Source: Octopus sinensis (lineage: Eukaryota). Taken from it: 64,000 nucleotides of DNA. The first letter of the stretch is position 1, and each line of letters begins with the position of its first letter. The stretch covers positions 35,278,001-35,342,000 of the forward strand of contig NC_043001.1 of the NCBI RefSeq assembly GCF_006345805.1, given 5' to 3'. The notes under the pieces were generated by a model. It was not told where the DNA came from. It saw only the letters and a program-made list of their open reading frames with translations, and did no database searches. Of this stretch, positions 1 to 13,126 are shown in pieces. The position numbers and the translations under genes are program-made.

Positions 1-517
1 ACACGCATTTACATGGTTTTATATTCACATGTGTTCACATAGGGACTATAAAACGACACATTAATATATACGAGTTGAAAGCTATAACGATATACTCTCA
101 GATGCATAAAAATAAATGTATATACTTATACTCATGTTTATGTGTATATATCGACGATATTCTGCGCTTAATATATGTATATATGCATGAGTGGAGATAC
201 GCTTAGATGCTAAGTCTAAAGATAAAAATATTGAATGATTTTAACTACAAAGAACATATTTATATTTCGAATACATCTTTACTACCACGAAATAATATTA
301 ATTCAGAATATAAGTTTCCTATCATTTATTTATTTGTAATAGAATAAAAAAAACTGTACGCAAATATTCATAATTAGGATGGAACGCGCAACAAAGCTAG
401 TTACTTCTTTATTTCTTAGTTTCAAAAACAGCTTAGAACACACAAAACACACAAGCTTATATTATGAAGGTGGTAAGCGATAGGTTTTCAGGTGCAGAAA
501 TATATATATTTCTCAAG

Positions 518-551
<34 letters not shown>

Positions 552-764
552 TCAGTAAAATTTAGATTCAGATGAATATGGCACTTAATTTGAAGGCACC
601 AGAATTTAGTATGATATTATCCATATAATTTAAAATAAGGTGATTATAATAAAAAATATGCAACAAGGATATCCTCTGGGTATCCTTGTTGCTTATTTTT
701 CATGCATATATATATATATATCTATATATATATGTATTTATATATATGTATATGTATGTATATG

Positions 765-1064
765 TGATCAGGTGACCGACCAGACCATCAGATGTTGCTA
801 CACATCGCTGGTCACAATGCGTTCGCATTGTTTTAGCCATCGAATGACGCCACTCCGCTGGCTAAGCGAGCAGGCCAACAGAAGAAGGAGTGAGAGAAAG
901 AGTGGTGAAAGAGTACAGCAGGGATCACCACCCCCTGCCGGAGCCTCGTGGAGCTCTTAAGGTGTTTTCGCTCAATAAACACACACAACGCCCGGTCTGG
1001 GAATCGAAACCGCGATCCTACGACCGCGAGTCCGCTGCCCTAACCATTAGGCCATTGCACCTCC
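765..1064 (-). mobile_element. tRNA-derived SINE, head type B with tail X
   Basis: The reverse complement begins GGAGGTGCAATGGCCTAATGGTTAGGGCAGCGGACTCGCGGTCGTAGGATCGCGGTTTCGATTCCC (A/B-box-like). The head is shared with 11881-12175, 9966-10241 and 45130-45468, but the 3' part differs. Confidence 0.85.
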
Positions 1065-1070
1065 ACATAT

Positions 1071-1296
<226 letters not shown>

Positions 1297-1515
1297 TGGC
1301 AAAACGTTAGCACGCCGGGCGAAATGCGTAGCCGTATTTCGTCTGCGTTACGTCCTGAGTTCAAATTCCGCCGAGGTCCGACTATGCCGTTCACCGTTTC
1401 GGTGTCGATTAAATAAGTACCAGTTACCCACTGGGGTGGATGTAATCGACTTAATCCGTTTGTCTGTCCTTGTTTGTCCCCTCTGTGTTTAGCCCCTTTT
1501 GGGTAGTAAAAAATA
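1297..1515 (+). mobile_element. SINE type A (tRNA-like head, Deu/Nin-like core), tail 1
   Basis: Matches 8956-9186 over its length (GTTCAAATTCC B-box ... GTACCAGTT ... GCCCCTT..GGGTAGTAAA). Confidence 0.9.
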
Positions 1516-1534
1516 ATAAATATATATATATATA

Positions 1535-1572
<38 letters not shown>

Positions 1573-2204
1573 CCTTAGAAACAGATGAGTCTATAAAAAT
1601 TAAAATTAGTGGCAATCCGTTTACGAAATATTTTCAGCAACAACTTAACCAAATTCAACCCAGCATACTTAATATTCATGGGTATAATACAGTGTAGAGG
1701 AAATATTTGGAACTCTTCTTGTTCGGCTCAAGACGCTTCCAGGTAATCCCAAGATACTCATTTTGTTGAAGATATTTGAGTTAAAAGGTTTTGTTAATTG
1801 AGTCTAACTCTATGGCAGTCTCTCACATTTAGAAGCAAATTTGCTCTGTTTACTAAATTTTCAAATTGAAAAAATATATTCTATTACATTTTTGCACCAA
1901 CACAGTTATTTGCATATAGTATATACAGAGACAGATATTAGAAATTTTATACATGCTTTATATTTCTTAAGGACATAATACTTTTCGTTACTATAATTAC
2001 CATTATTTTTTAAAGCTTATTCCATCTGGTTCTTTGCATTCTCAGTCCAAATGTCACTGAGGTCAACTTTGCCTATCATCCTTTGGATGGTCGATAAAAT
2101 AAAGTACCAGTCAAGTACTGGAGCTCGGTAGTATCGACTAATCTTCGCACCAGCTCAAATTTGCTCTGGCTTATGTCAAAATCAGAAAATTATACTTTAC
2201 TTCT

Positions 2205-2640
2205 GCTCTTGCTGCTGCCGCTGCTGCTGCTTGCCCAACTGCTACTACTAGTAGTAGTACTACTACAACTATCACTACCACCACTATTAGTATTACTACT
2301 ACCACCACCACCACAACTAGTAGTAGTACTGCTGCTGATGGTACTATTATTACTACTATCACCTTCGCTCCCACCACCGCCGCCACCACCGCCACTACTA
2401 CCACCATCCCCACCCCCACCCACCACCACCACAACCCCACCACCACAACTACTACCACGTTCACCGCCGCCGCCACCACCACTACTACCACCGCCCCAAC
2501 ACCATCGCCACCACAACCACCATCACCACAACTACTACCACCGCTCACCGCTGCCGCCACCACCACTACCACCACAACCACCACCACTACAACTGCTACC
2601 ACCGCTAACACCACTACCACCAACACCATCATCTCTACTA
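2205..2640. repeat. Degenerate (CTG/CTA/CCA)n trinucleotide tract
   Basis: Direct reading; poly-L/P/T ORFs are artefacts. Confidence 0.9.
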
Positions 2641-3670
2641 TCTTTCTTTAACCCTGTTAATTCTCAATGAGCTATGGGTCTGATAAGAAAGCCTATTGGA
2701 GACATGTCTTTCTCCCTGGAGATAAAATTGGTGTTTATTTTTCTTGGTTAATATGAAAGCGAAAGGAAAACTGTCTTTCCGATGGAGTGACAAGAGTTAA
2801 AGAGTGAATAAGAAAGGAAAAAAGAGTATTTACGTTTGGTGGTGGTGGTGTCGGGAGAGTAAAGAAAGATTAAGAATCCCAAGAAAAGAAGAAAGGTTTC
2901 TTATAAAAGTCGACTTGGAGAGGATATTGATAACATAGAGAGTGAAGCAGACCGACAGACAGTTCAAGATAAGAATTTAGAGGAAGTATGTTAAGCAGAG
3001 AAAAAAGGAGAGATAAAGAGATGAAGTAAGAAAGCATCAATCGCTTTTCTTCTTAACGTCTCTCCCACTAGGAACACTCACAGAGGCATACACACACGTA
3101 CACACACATATCTATTCATATATATACACACAAGTACACACACGTACACACACACATGTCCATCCATATATATACACACATACTCACGTACACTTCGATT
3201 TATGTTTCGTTTACTCTTTCTCTTCATCTGCCTGTTTCTCTGACTCTCTCTCCCTCTCTCTGTCTCTTTTTCCAGGATTATATACCTATCTGCACGCATG
3301 CGTGTATGTATACTATACGAAACAGAATTCGAGGAGACTGGTGACAATAACATTTATTATTTCAATGTGGAGCATTGGCGCGCACTGTTCCTGTGTGTTC
3401 TTCGGTAACTGCTAAAACTAATGTTAGTCATATTTACGGAAGCACTTGAGTTGACAACATCACTCACAAATTATAAGTCTTCATTATATATACGGTTACA
3501 TTTGATGATCAGCAACAGAGAGGCCCTACGCAGGTCTAAATATAATCAAATGTGTTCCGGATATACTACTCACTATGAATACGCCTGACGACTTTCCTTT
3601 AAGTTATTACATCAACATAACATTTACTGCTATGGTGATCCTGAATAATTATAATATTCTGCAGATGGGA

Positions 3671-3881
3671 AGGCGGCGAGCTGGCAGAAACTTTAGCACG
3701 CCGGGCGAAATGCATAGCAGTATTTCGTCTGCCGCTACGTTCTGAGTTCAAATTCCGCCGTGGGCGACTTTGCCTTTCATCCTTTCGAGGTCGCTAAATT
3801 AAGTACCAGTTGCGTACAGGGTCGATCTAATTGACTGGTTCCCTCCCCAAAATTTTGGGCCTTGTGCCGACAGTAGAAAAG
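3671..3881 (+). mobile_element. SINE type A, tail 2, with TSD
   Basis: Full head AGGCGGCGAGCTGGCAGAA and tail GGGCCTTGTGCC..AGTAGAAAAG. TSD AATATT(C/G)TGCAGATGG at 3653-3668 and 3882-3897. Confidence 0.9.
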
Positions 3882-4062
3882 AATATTGTGCAGATGGAGA
3901 CTGAAATGTAAAGGAATTTTACCGAACAGGCTAATGAATAAAAATATTGACTTTGTTTTCGTTTCGATATTTTACAACTAGAATGATCACAATCATATCT
4001 TTAGAGATATTTTAAAATACCTATAAGCATACACTCTACAAAGTCTCAATGTCACGATCTCT

Positions 4063-4632
4063 AAAACTTAAGGTATTATCATATATACCCGGGTCTATTC
4101 CCCATTTTTAGGAGGGGTGGCCACAATAAGACACACACCAGGCATTCCATTCATTTTCCAGCTCAAACAGGTGAGTCCTGTCCTATGCTCGGGTCAAGGC
4201 ATAGAACAGAACCCCCAATACCAATAGCGGAGTACGACAGCATATGCTCGTTTACCTCCACCCCTTTGAGCAACATCAAATTCACTCATCCGTCCACAAA
4301 CCCTCTCCAAGCCTTCTTATCGTTCATAAACTCTTTTGTCTCTCTCACTCCATCACCTCTAGCCACCAAAGCTTTCCTCACTCCATCTATCTACACAAAC
4401 CGATGTCTGCTTCTGGTTCTGTTGCTTACCACTTCTGCCTTCATCACCCTCCTTACCATCCGCTCCTCATCCATCCTCTCCAAGAGACCAAACCACCTCA
4501 ACATTCATCTTCCCATTTTGGTTGTTAGTTTTTCGCTCATTCCTGCTCACCTCCGCACCTCCTCATTCCTCATTCTGTCCATCCGTGTCACACCAACCTC
4601 AGACATCTCAAAACTTAAGGTATTATCATATA
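4063..4632 (-). mobile_element. 5'-truncated RTE-clade LINE, decayed RT C-terminus
   Basis: The minus strand translates to GVTRMDRMRNEEVRR*...MLRWFGLLERMDEERMVRRV, resembling the RTE C-terminal DRxRNEEVR / LRWFGH motifs. Flanked by the direct repeat AAAACTTAAGGTATTATCATATA at 4063-4085 and 4610-4632. Confidence 0.85.
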
Positions 4633-5674
4633 ATATTTAATCTCTCTTCAGTTTCATAGACCACAGATATTTGTATATTTATTCTCAATGCGTCGTTGGA
4701 GTATACGTCAAAGGAGAAAAAAATCTTTCTTTTGTGACACACAACTCATTAGCACACAGGATTCTTGAACACATGCGCCAATCAGTCGAGTGTGTTGAAC
4801 ACGCTATCATCAGAAAAGAGAGAATTTTTTCACCTTTAGCTTACACTACGGCATCTGAACCTGCATCGAGATAATAAGGATAAATAAGCAAATAGTCGTA
4901 TAAATCACGATGTACACGGTGCATGCAACAATTTATAGATTTATAGACGTTTCTAAAGAAAACATTTCGATGTATTTATTAACCTATGAATAATATATAC
5001 AGTACTAATAATAACAATAATCTAACAATCTCGAAATAGTATTGACCAGGATTCAAGGAATGAAAACTGCAACAGTCTCAATAATAATAAGTGCTTAAGT
5101 GGTTTGGGAATGATTAATAAATGCAGACAAATATATCACGAAATCTCTTCTGGATTTACACCTACAGAAAATAGCTTTATTAGCTGCTACGTAAATATTA
5201 TGTATTTTTCAATACATTTAGAAAATGTACACACAGACTAATACACACAAAAACAAACATTACACAAATACGCACACATACACACAAACACACATACAAG
5301 AACATACACGCAAACACATAGGCACACACACACAGATGCACAAACACTGACACACACACACACACACACAAGCACACATATAAAACACGCACACACTCAC
5401 ACAAACATACATACACAAGTACACATACAAGACCACGTACACTCACGCGCACACACAGACATACACACACACAAACACAAGCATACACAACACAGACAAA
5501 AGTGTATTTGCTCAATGACTGACCGTGATAAATATAAGACTATTAAACTGTATAGTATTTTGGAAGAGAAAACTTTGTTTTTGTTTTTTTTTGTATTGTT
5601 TTATTTTTCTAATAATTCGCTTGTTTCATTTTCAGTGATCTGGCGGTATTGCTGGGAGATCTAATATTCAAAGA

Positions 5675-5999
5675 AGTGAGGGCGCGTGGCTTAGTGGTTA
5701 GGGCATTCGGCTCATGATCGTAAGGTTGTGAGTTCGATTCCCGGCGACGCGTTGTGTCCTTCAGCAAGACACTTTATTTCACGTTGCTCCGGTCCACTCA
5801 GCTGGCAAAAATGAGTTGTACTTGTATTTCAAAGGTTCAGCCTTGTCACTCTCTGTGTCACGCTGATTATCCCCGAGAACTACGTTAAGGGTACACGTGT
5901 CTGTGGAATGCTCAGCCATTTGCACGTTAATTTCACGAGCAAGCTGTTCCGTTGATCGTATCAGCTGGGACCCTCGTCGTCGTAACCGGCGGAGTCTAT
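5675..5999 (+). mobile_element. tRNA-derived SINE, head type C (CORE-like segment), with TSD
   Basis: A-box TGGCTTAGTGG, B-box GTTCGATTCC, then GTGTCCTTCAGCAAGACACTT. TSD TAATATTCAAAGA at 5662-5674 and 6000-6012. Confidence 0.88.
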
Positions 6000-6285
6000 T
6001 AATATTCAAAGAGAGCATAACATAAATTCTATAGAAACTGTAATTACAATTCTTTTCTGTATATATATATATAAGTAAAAATAATGAAATAATAGGTGCA
6101 CACTTCTGATGGAAGAGAAGATTTGGTAATATAACTTTGTATGTAATTATTGCAGATTCACAGATGTAGTGTGCAAAAAGAATGGAAGTTATTCGCAAAC
6201 AGAAGGGAAACTTAAAACGGAACTTATTTACGGCGCTGGCCTAAGTCCTACAAAAAAGTGACATCTGAGAAGAACCTATAATAAC

Positions 6286-6320
<35 letters not shown>

Positions 6321-6350
6321 CACACCACACACACACACACACACACTTAC

Positions 6351-6737
6351 ACAGAGGAGGGGATAGTAGCAAACATATTAGAGATTCTTTTTGGACAGCA
6401 AAGAGAAGAGACAGCGATACTAACCAGAATTGAGGATGTGGCGCCAAGAGTGGAACATGACAAAAAAGTAAGATGACAAAAAAAAAAAAAAAGAAATAGC
6501 TGGAATTTCGTGACATATGCTAAAAGCATATATACCGAAATGGTGATAACCAAGCTTAAATACGTTATAAGGGTTAAGTTGCCCAAGGGGATGTACGTTG
6601 AAAACGTCAAAGCTATCCTGATCGATGAAGAAAAATATAAAAAGGTGAAGGAAATGTGTCAAATTGAGCAGCCGGGTTTCGTGATGGAGTTCGATGAACT
6701 GCCGCCAGTCGTAGAACTAAGTGAACTATATCCTTAA
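6351..6737 (+). pseudogene. Unidentified interrupted reading frame (~128 codons, one internal TGA at 6474)
   Basis: One frame reads TEEGIVANILEILFGQQREETAILTRIEDVAPRVEHDKKVR*QKKKKKRNSWNFVTYAKSIY...PPVVELSELYP*. Composition is complex; the 5' end runs into a (CA)n tract. No family recognised. Confidence 0.35.
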
Positions 6738-7095
6738 ATCAGATATTAAAAAAAAAAAGAGAGTATAATGTTTTTTAAAAAAGAAGGAAAAAAGGGTAAA
6801 CAAAATGATGGTAGTAGTGAAAAAATAAGGCAAAAGAAAAAAAGATTACAAACTGAAAGTAAGAACGTTCAAATGATGCTGCATGAGTGGGGCGCATGCA
6901 GGCATTTCATCGCCATCGATTTCATTGAACATTTTTCCATTTTTCATTCGTTTTAAGTTGTTTTTTTTTTTTTCTTCTTCACTGCTGTGTTATGTCTGTC
7001 CTTGTGATGTCCTCTCTGCGTTACAGCCTGAGTTCTAAATAAAAGAGATACATGCGCGCACATGTAACTGAATTCTCGTCGACAACTATGATTGT

Positions 7096-7140
7096 CACAG
7101 GCCGATGATAGGTAAATACCTTGAAACTCGAGTCCGTGTG
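7096..7140 (+). ncRNA. Minimal type-I hammerhead ribozyme motif, CCGAUGA core variant
   Basis: CACAGG-CCGAUGA-U AGGU AAAU ACCU U-GAAA-CUCGAG-UC-CGUGUG. Helix I 5/6 bp, helix II 4 bp, helix III the perfect palindrome ACUCGAGU, GUC triplet (predicted cut after 7134). Confidence 0.75.
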
Positions 7141-7299
7141 TATCATAAGTTGAAGACGGGAAGGATGACTTCCCTTCACAAATACTGATAGGGCACAGAA
7201 AGTGTGTCAATAGCCAACTGGAGAAAGTATCTTCCTGGGGCTACAAACTACAGTAGCATCCACCCTTAGGGGTTAGCCATATTCAAATGGCAAATATGC

Positions 7300-7329
<30 letters not shown>

Positions 7330-7381
<52 letters not shown>

Positions 7382-7480
7382 GGATAGATAGATAGATAGA
7401 GAGAGAGAGAGAAAGAGAAATAGTAGGTAGAGAGATGAATTGATAGATAGGGAATTAGATAGATAGATACATAGATACAG
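7330..7480. repeat. (GATA)n/(GA)n microsatellite
   Basis: Direct reading. Confidence 0.95.
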
Positions 7481-7748
7481 ACCTGATAGGTAGATTGATA
7501 TGTATGTGAATATGCACGTATGCATATATGCATATAGGTGCACACATAAACACACACACGCACACATGTATTTATAATAAATATAAACGTTGAAGATCTC
7601 AAGAGATCGATCTGAAGATACATATGGACACACACACGCACACACACACAGATACAGACATATACACACATTCACATACATTCACACACTAGCATGGCAC
7701 ACAGACATACATATATGTAGCAAAGTGGTAGTAGCAGTAGTAGTAGTA

Positions 7749-7810
<62 letters not shown>

Positions 7811-8511
7811 ACTAATTTGTAAGTATAAGAAGAAATTTTCTTAGTGCTATGTTTAGCAATGTTCACAACGAAATAGAAAATTTTAATTTCAGAACGATTA
7901 TAATATTTAAAATGTCTGAAAGGAAACAGCACGTGAAAAATAGATGAAGGTATATACATACATACATACATACATACCATACATACATACATACACACAC
8001 ACACTTACATACACACACATATACCCGTATACATATATATATTTATATAAATACACACACACACATATACATATGGAATGAAATCAATACATGCGCTAAA
8101 TAGTTTCTCTCTACACACACGTTTATATATATATATCTATATATATATCTATATATATATATATATATATACATATATATTATATATATACATATGTATA
8201 TATATACGTGCATATAAGTTAGTGTGTGTTTATACACACGTATGTATATAATTGTGTGCGAGTGTGCATTTGTGTATTTGTATGTATGGATACATGTCCA
8301 TATATGTGTGCATGTGCTTGTTTTAGTGTGTGTGTGCGTGCACGTGTGTGTGCGTGTACGTGTGTGTGTGTGTGTGTGTATAAGTGTATGCAATGTATGC
8401 TGCATATGTATGATCCGCATGAAATCTTAATTGAATTCATCTTTAAAATTAATTAGATTCATGGCACACGCAACGTAAAGTAAACACAACCACCCACATA
8501 CTCACACACCA

Positions 8512-8556
<45 letters not shown>

Positions 8557-8955
8557 CACGAATACCCATGCGCATATACAGTACAGCCCCATATGTATGT
8601 GTATATGTGTGTGTGTGGTTGTCTTTCTCTGTGTGTTGTCTTTCTATTTTCGAAATGCTAGACCTGAGGTTTATAAGATATCTAGCAATTATCAAATTAA
8701 GTGCTGTAAATCCTTAATAAATTTGCCAGCCATAACTTTATATGTTACCAGGTCATTTGGTAACATTTGACGTGTTTACTCCTTGCGTCATTCGATCTGT
8801 TTATCAGTTCTGTCTGGACCGCATATTCCATTCATTAGTTTCCCTATTTGATTTATTTCTGTTTCGCTTTAACCTTGTGACGCTCGGTATTTGATATCTT
8901 ATTTAGCAGAGCAGAATCGGTAGCGCGTCGTGTGAAATGCATTGTGGTATTTAGA

Positions 8956-9186
8956 AGGCGGCGAGCTGGCAGAAACGTTAGCACGCCGGGCGAAATGCTT
9001 AGCGGTATTTCGTCTGCGTTACGTTGTGAGTTCAAATTCCGCCGAGGTCGACTTTGCCTTTCATCCTTTCGGGGTCGATAAATTAAGTACCAGTTACGCA
9101 TTGGCGTCGATGTAATCGACTTAATACCTATGTCAGTCCTTGTTTGTCCCCTCTGTGTTTAGCCCCTTGTGGGTAATAAAGAAATA
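8956..9186 (+). mobile_element. Full-length SINE type A, tail 1, with TSD
   Basis: Core GTCGACTTTGCCTTTCATCCTTTCGGGGTCGATAAATTAAGTACCAG resembles the Deu/Nin SINE domain. TSD GGTATTTAGA at 8946-8955 and 9187-9196. Confidence 0.92.
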
Positions 9187-9267
9187 GGTATTTAGATACG
9201 ACATTCTTTATTCCAATCCTTCCCACATGAATTTGACGCTTATTTTTCTGGAAACGCTAGATATATT

Positions 9268-9477
9268 ATTTTCTAGTATAGGCACATGATCTGAAGATTT
9301 AAGAAGGCGGATAGTCTATTACATCGCCCCAGTACTCAACTGGTACTTAATTTATCGACCCCGAAAAGTTGAAAGGCAAAGTCGACCTCGGCGAAATTTG
9401 AACTCAGAACGTAACGGCAGACGAAATACGGCTAAGTATTCACCCGACGGGCTAAGTATTCTGCCAGCTCACCGCCT
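9268..9477 (-). mobile_element. SINE type A, tail 2
   Basis: Reverse complement of the type A head and core; degenerate TSD GAA(A/G)CGCTA(G/T)ATATA on both sides. Confidence 0.88.
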
Positions 9478-9741
9478 GAAGCGCTATATATAATACCTAT
9501 TAAAAATGTTCCAATTTAATGAGGCTCCAAAAGTATTTAATAATACAAGCATTTAACTGCTCATTAGTTGCATTTCATTCTTCTTTATAGTTTTTCTTTA
9601 ATTTATTCTTTTCTTGCGTTAACTTCTGTGTATGTATATATGTATGTATGTATATATATACATATATATATATGTATATACGCGATGGTTTTTGTTAAAG
9701 AGCTTCAGTTTTTACAATTCTGTAAATAAATAATAATAGTG

Positions 9742-9881
9742 TTTTTATAAGCTTAGAGCTTATAAGCGATCACCACAAGGAAAACCTGCTTTTTTCTATC
9801 GTGGGTTTATATGCCCCATTATTAGACTATTTTCTTTAGTCATTGCACGCTGGTCACTTATAAGCTTTAAGCTTATAAAAA
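9742..9881. repeat. ~30-bp inverted repeats enclosing an ~80-bp spacer
   Basis: TTTTTATAAGCTTAGAGCTTATAAGCGAT (9742-9770) versus GTCACTTATAAGCTTTAAGCTTATAAAAA (9853-9881). Confidence 0.8.
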
Positions 9882-9965
9882 TATGTACACACACATATAT
9901 ATATATAACTGCCAATTGTAATGGCTTGAATTGTTTCAATTATTACATTGTTGTTGTGTGCTTCT

Positions 9966-10241
9966 TCTAAAGCCATGCTTTGCTCATAAGGGCCGGTTTC
10001 GCGGGTTCATTGGCGTATACCAGACGCCAGTTCGTCACTGGCGATATGCTTGATGCAGGACGAAAAAGTGAGAGAAAGTTGCCGTGGAAGGGGTCAGAAG
10101 AAGTTCGCCCTTACCTTCTGCCGGAGCCGCGTAGAGCTTAGGAGTTTCGCTCATAAACACATGCATCGCCCGGCCTGAGATTAGAATCTACGATCCCTCG
10201 ACTACGAGTCCGCTGCTCTTACCACTAGGCCATATGCCTCC
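9966..10241 (-). mobile_element. Diverged SINE, head B with V-like tail
   Basis: Aligns in reverse to 11881-12175. Confidence 0.75.
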
Positions 10242-10663
10242 CAATTGTTGCCTAATAATGCAGGCATGTAGTACTTCTACTTAAAGATCAGATTCTAGAC
10301 TACACGATGTGTATCTATTAAAATTTTGAAATCATTAATCGTTAACACACACTTCATTTTTCTTATTATTTATTGTTTCCAGTTATCTCTGTTACCTTTT
10401 GTTTGTTTTGGTTATAGCAATTTGGCTATGGTGGAACGCCACCTTCAAGGATTTAGTCCAACAGATCAAGCCCTGTACTTTTCTTTTTTTTATATATTTT
10501 TGAGATTGCTGTTTATTCAATGTGTCTCTTTTGCCGAGCCACTTGGTAGCGGGAATGTAAACAAACCAACACCACTTGTCAAGCAATGCGGAGCACACGC
10601 ACAAAACAAACACATACACAAACGAACATATATCCACACACACACACACACACACACACCAAC

Positions 10664-11083
<420 letters not shown>

Positions 11084-11880
11084 GCATGGTTTCAACATAA
11101 TTTCCGTCTATGAAATCCGTCCGAAAGCAACAGTGCTTCCAAACATCTAGTGTCGAGGAAATTAAGAACTAGAGAGTTATTAAACGAGAGAAACCATTCG
11201 TTAATTACTGAACACTAGTGGTTATAATGAAAATTAGTTATTAGAGCATAAATGTTGCAAATATATACGAAATGTCGGACTAAATGTTCAAAATTCCATT
11301 TACTTTTTCAGTATATTAATCCAAAATTATTTTCCATCCATCTGGAGTCTATAAAATAAATGTTGCGTGTTGGCTCCGATTTTTCCGAATATACAACTAA
11401 ACTACAAATTCGCAACATTATTCCCGCGTGAGAACCGATTGCTTAACAGAGTGGTAGAAATTTCGAACAATAAGTCACCGATATTGATTTGAAATCTGAA
11501 GACAGCCCTCTTTGAGCAAATCAGTGAAGAACCTCCTTCGATCGGACAGCATATAATATCTTGTACATACAAAGAGATCTAATTAAGATAGTTTCGAATA
11601 TATGAGGTCTTCTAATGATGTAGATAAGAACAAAACAAATCTTAGTAAACAGATGCAATTATTATCAATATTTATCTGCAAATTCGGAGTGCAAATCTAG
11701 ATCCATTTCGTTCTTTCTAAAATTTCAACAACGAATTAGTATAAAAAATTTGAAGGCACCTCTTCAAATATTTTATACATACAGCAATATATGTTTCTTT
11801 ATTAGCCACACAGGGCTGCACACAGACAGAAAAATAGATATATATTCAAATGATATTTCCTCTACTAATATATTAAAAGT

Positions 11881-12175
11881 GGAGGTGCAATGGCCCAGTA
11901 GTTAGGGCTGCGGACACGCGGTCGGAGGATCGCGGTTTCGATTTCCAATGTGGGCGTTGTGTGTGTTTATTGAGCGAAAACATCTAAAAGCTCCACGAGG
12001 CTCCGGCAGGGGGTGTGGTGACCCCTGTTGTACTCTTTCGCCACAACTTTCTCTCACTCTCGCTTCCTGTTTCTTGAGTAACGCTGCGATGGACTGGCGT
12101 CCCGTCCAGCTGGTAGAACACATATGCCACAGAAACCGGGAAACCGGGCCCATCAGCCTGCCTAGGCTTGAGAAC
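11881..12175 (+). mobile_element. tRNA-derived SINE, head B with V-domain-like tail
   Basis: Head GGAGGTGCAATGGCCCAGTAGTTAGGG; internal GCTGCGATGGACTGGCGTCCCGTCCAG resembles the V-SINE conserved domain. Confidence 0.88.
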
Positions 12176-12849
12176 GGCAAGAAAAATAATATTAAGAACC
12201 TATGTGGAGTCTATAGCGCAGTGCTTCGCAACCGGTATGCTATAGCACACTGGTGACCACCTGACAATGCTAAGTGTGTTGCAGTGTAACCTGATTATAA
12301 TATTTCCCCCATACTTTTAGTTATATCTTTAGTTCAGGTACACAACCAAACTTTGAAAAGAATATAAGTGTACCGCAAATGAAAAAAGGTTGTAGGACAC
12401 TGCTTTAGCGCCCAATTTCGCAAATGACTCCATTAGCGCAAATGCTTATTGCTTCATCACCGCTTGGAAAACAACGCGCTACATTCAATATGCATTGGAA
12501 ATCTAAGCACAAAGCACAGGCTGCAATAATCTTGTGGACAGCGTTAGCTACGACGCGAACGTTTAAGAAGATACCCCGCAAACATTTAAGAATCGTTCAA
12601 ATTCATGAAGACTTGCTTCGAGGAGAAGCTTAATATTATCTACCTCCGACCAATTCCAAAATTGTATAAAAAGAAACTATTCTATTTTAGATTGCTAACA
12701 CATGCTCAAATATTCCAAGAGAATGTCAAGCAAATTATGTATGAGAGAGAAGAAGAGTATATGTATACCGTTTATAGAGCCTGAAATAAACATTGACAAG
12801 GAATACTCAGAGGCTACAAGCAAACAACTTATAGTGTATTAAAGTATCT

Positions 12850-12881
<32 letters not shown>

Positions 12882-12882
12882 C

Positions 12883-13094
12883 TCAGCCCATAGACTTCTT
12901 CCTCTTCTTCTTCTTCTTCTCCTCCTCCTCTTTCTTCGTCTTCTTCTTCTTTTTCTTCTTTTTTCTTATTCTTCTTCTTATTATTCTTCTTCTTCTACTA
13001 CTTCCCCTTCTCCTTCTCCTCCTCCTTCTTCTTCTTCTTCTCCTCCCCTTCTTCTTCTTCTTCTTCTCCTCCTTCTTCTTCTCCTTCCTCTTCT

Positions 13095-13126
<32 letters not shown>

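Noticed and set aside
5675-5755. tRNA gene
   Set aside because: A and B boxes are present, but the acceptor stem does not close and the sequence continues into a SINE body with a TSD.
7027-7111. Possible exon (TTACAG acceptor ... AG|GTAAAT donor)
   Set aside because: Stops occur in all three frames, and the apparent donor lies inside the HHR helix II.
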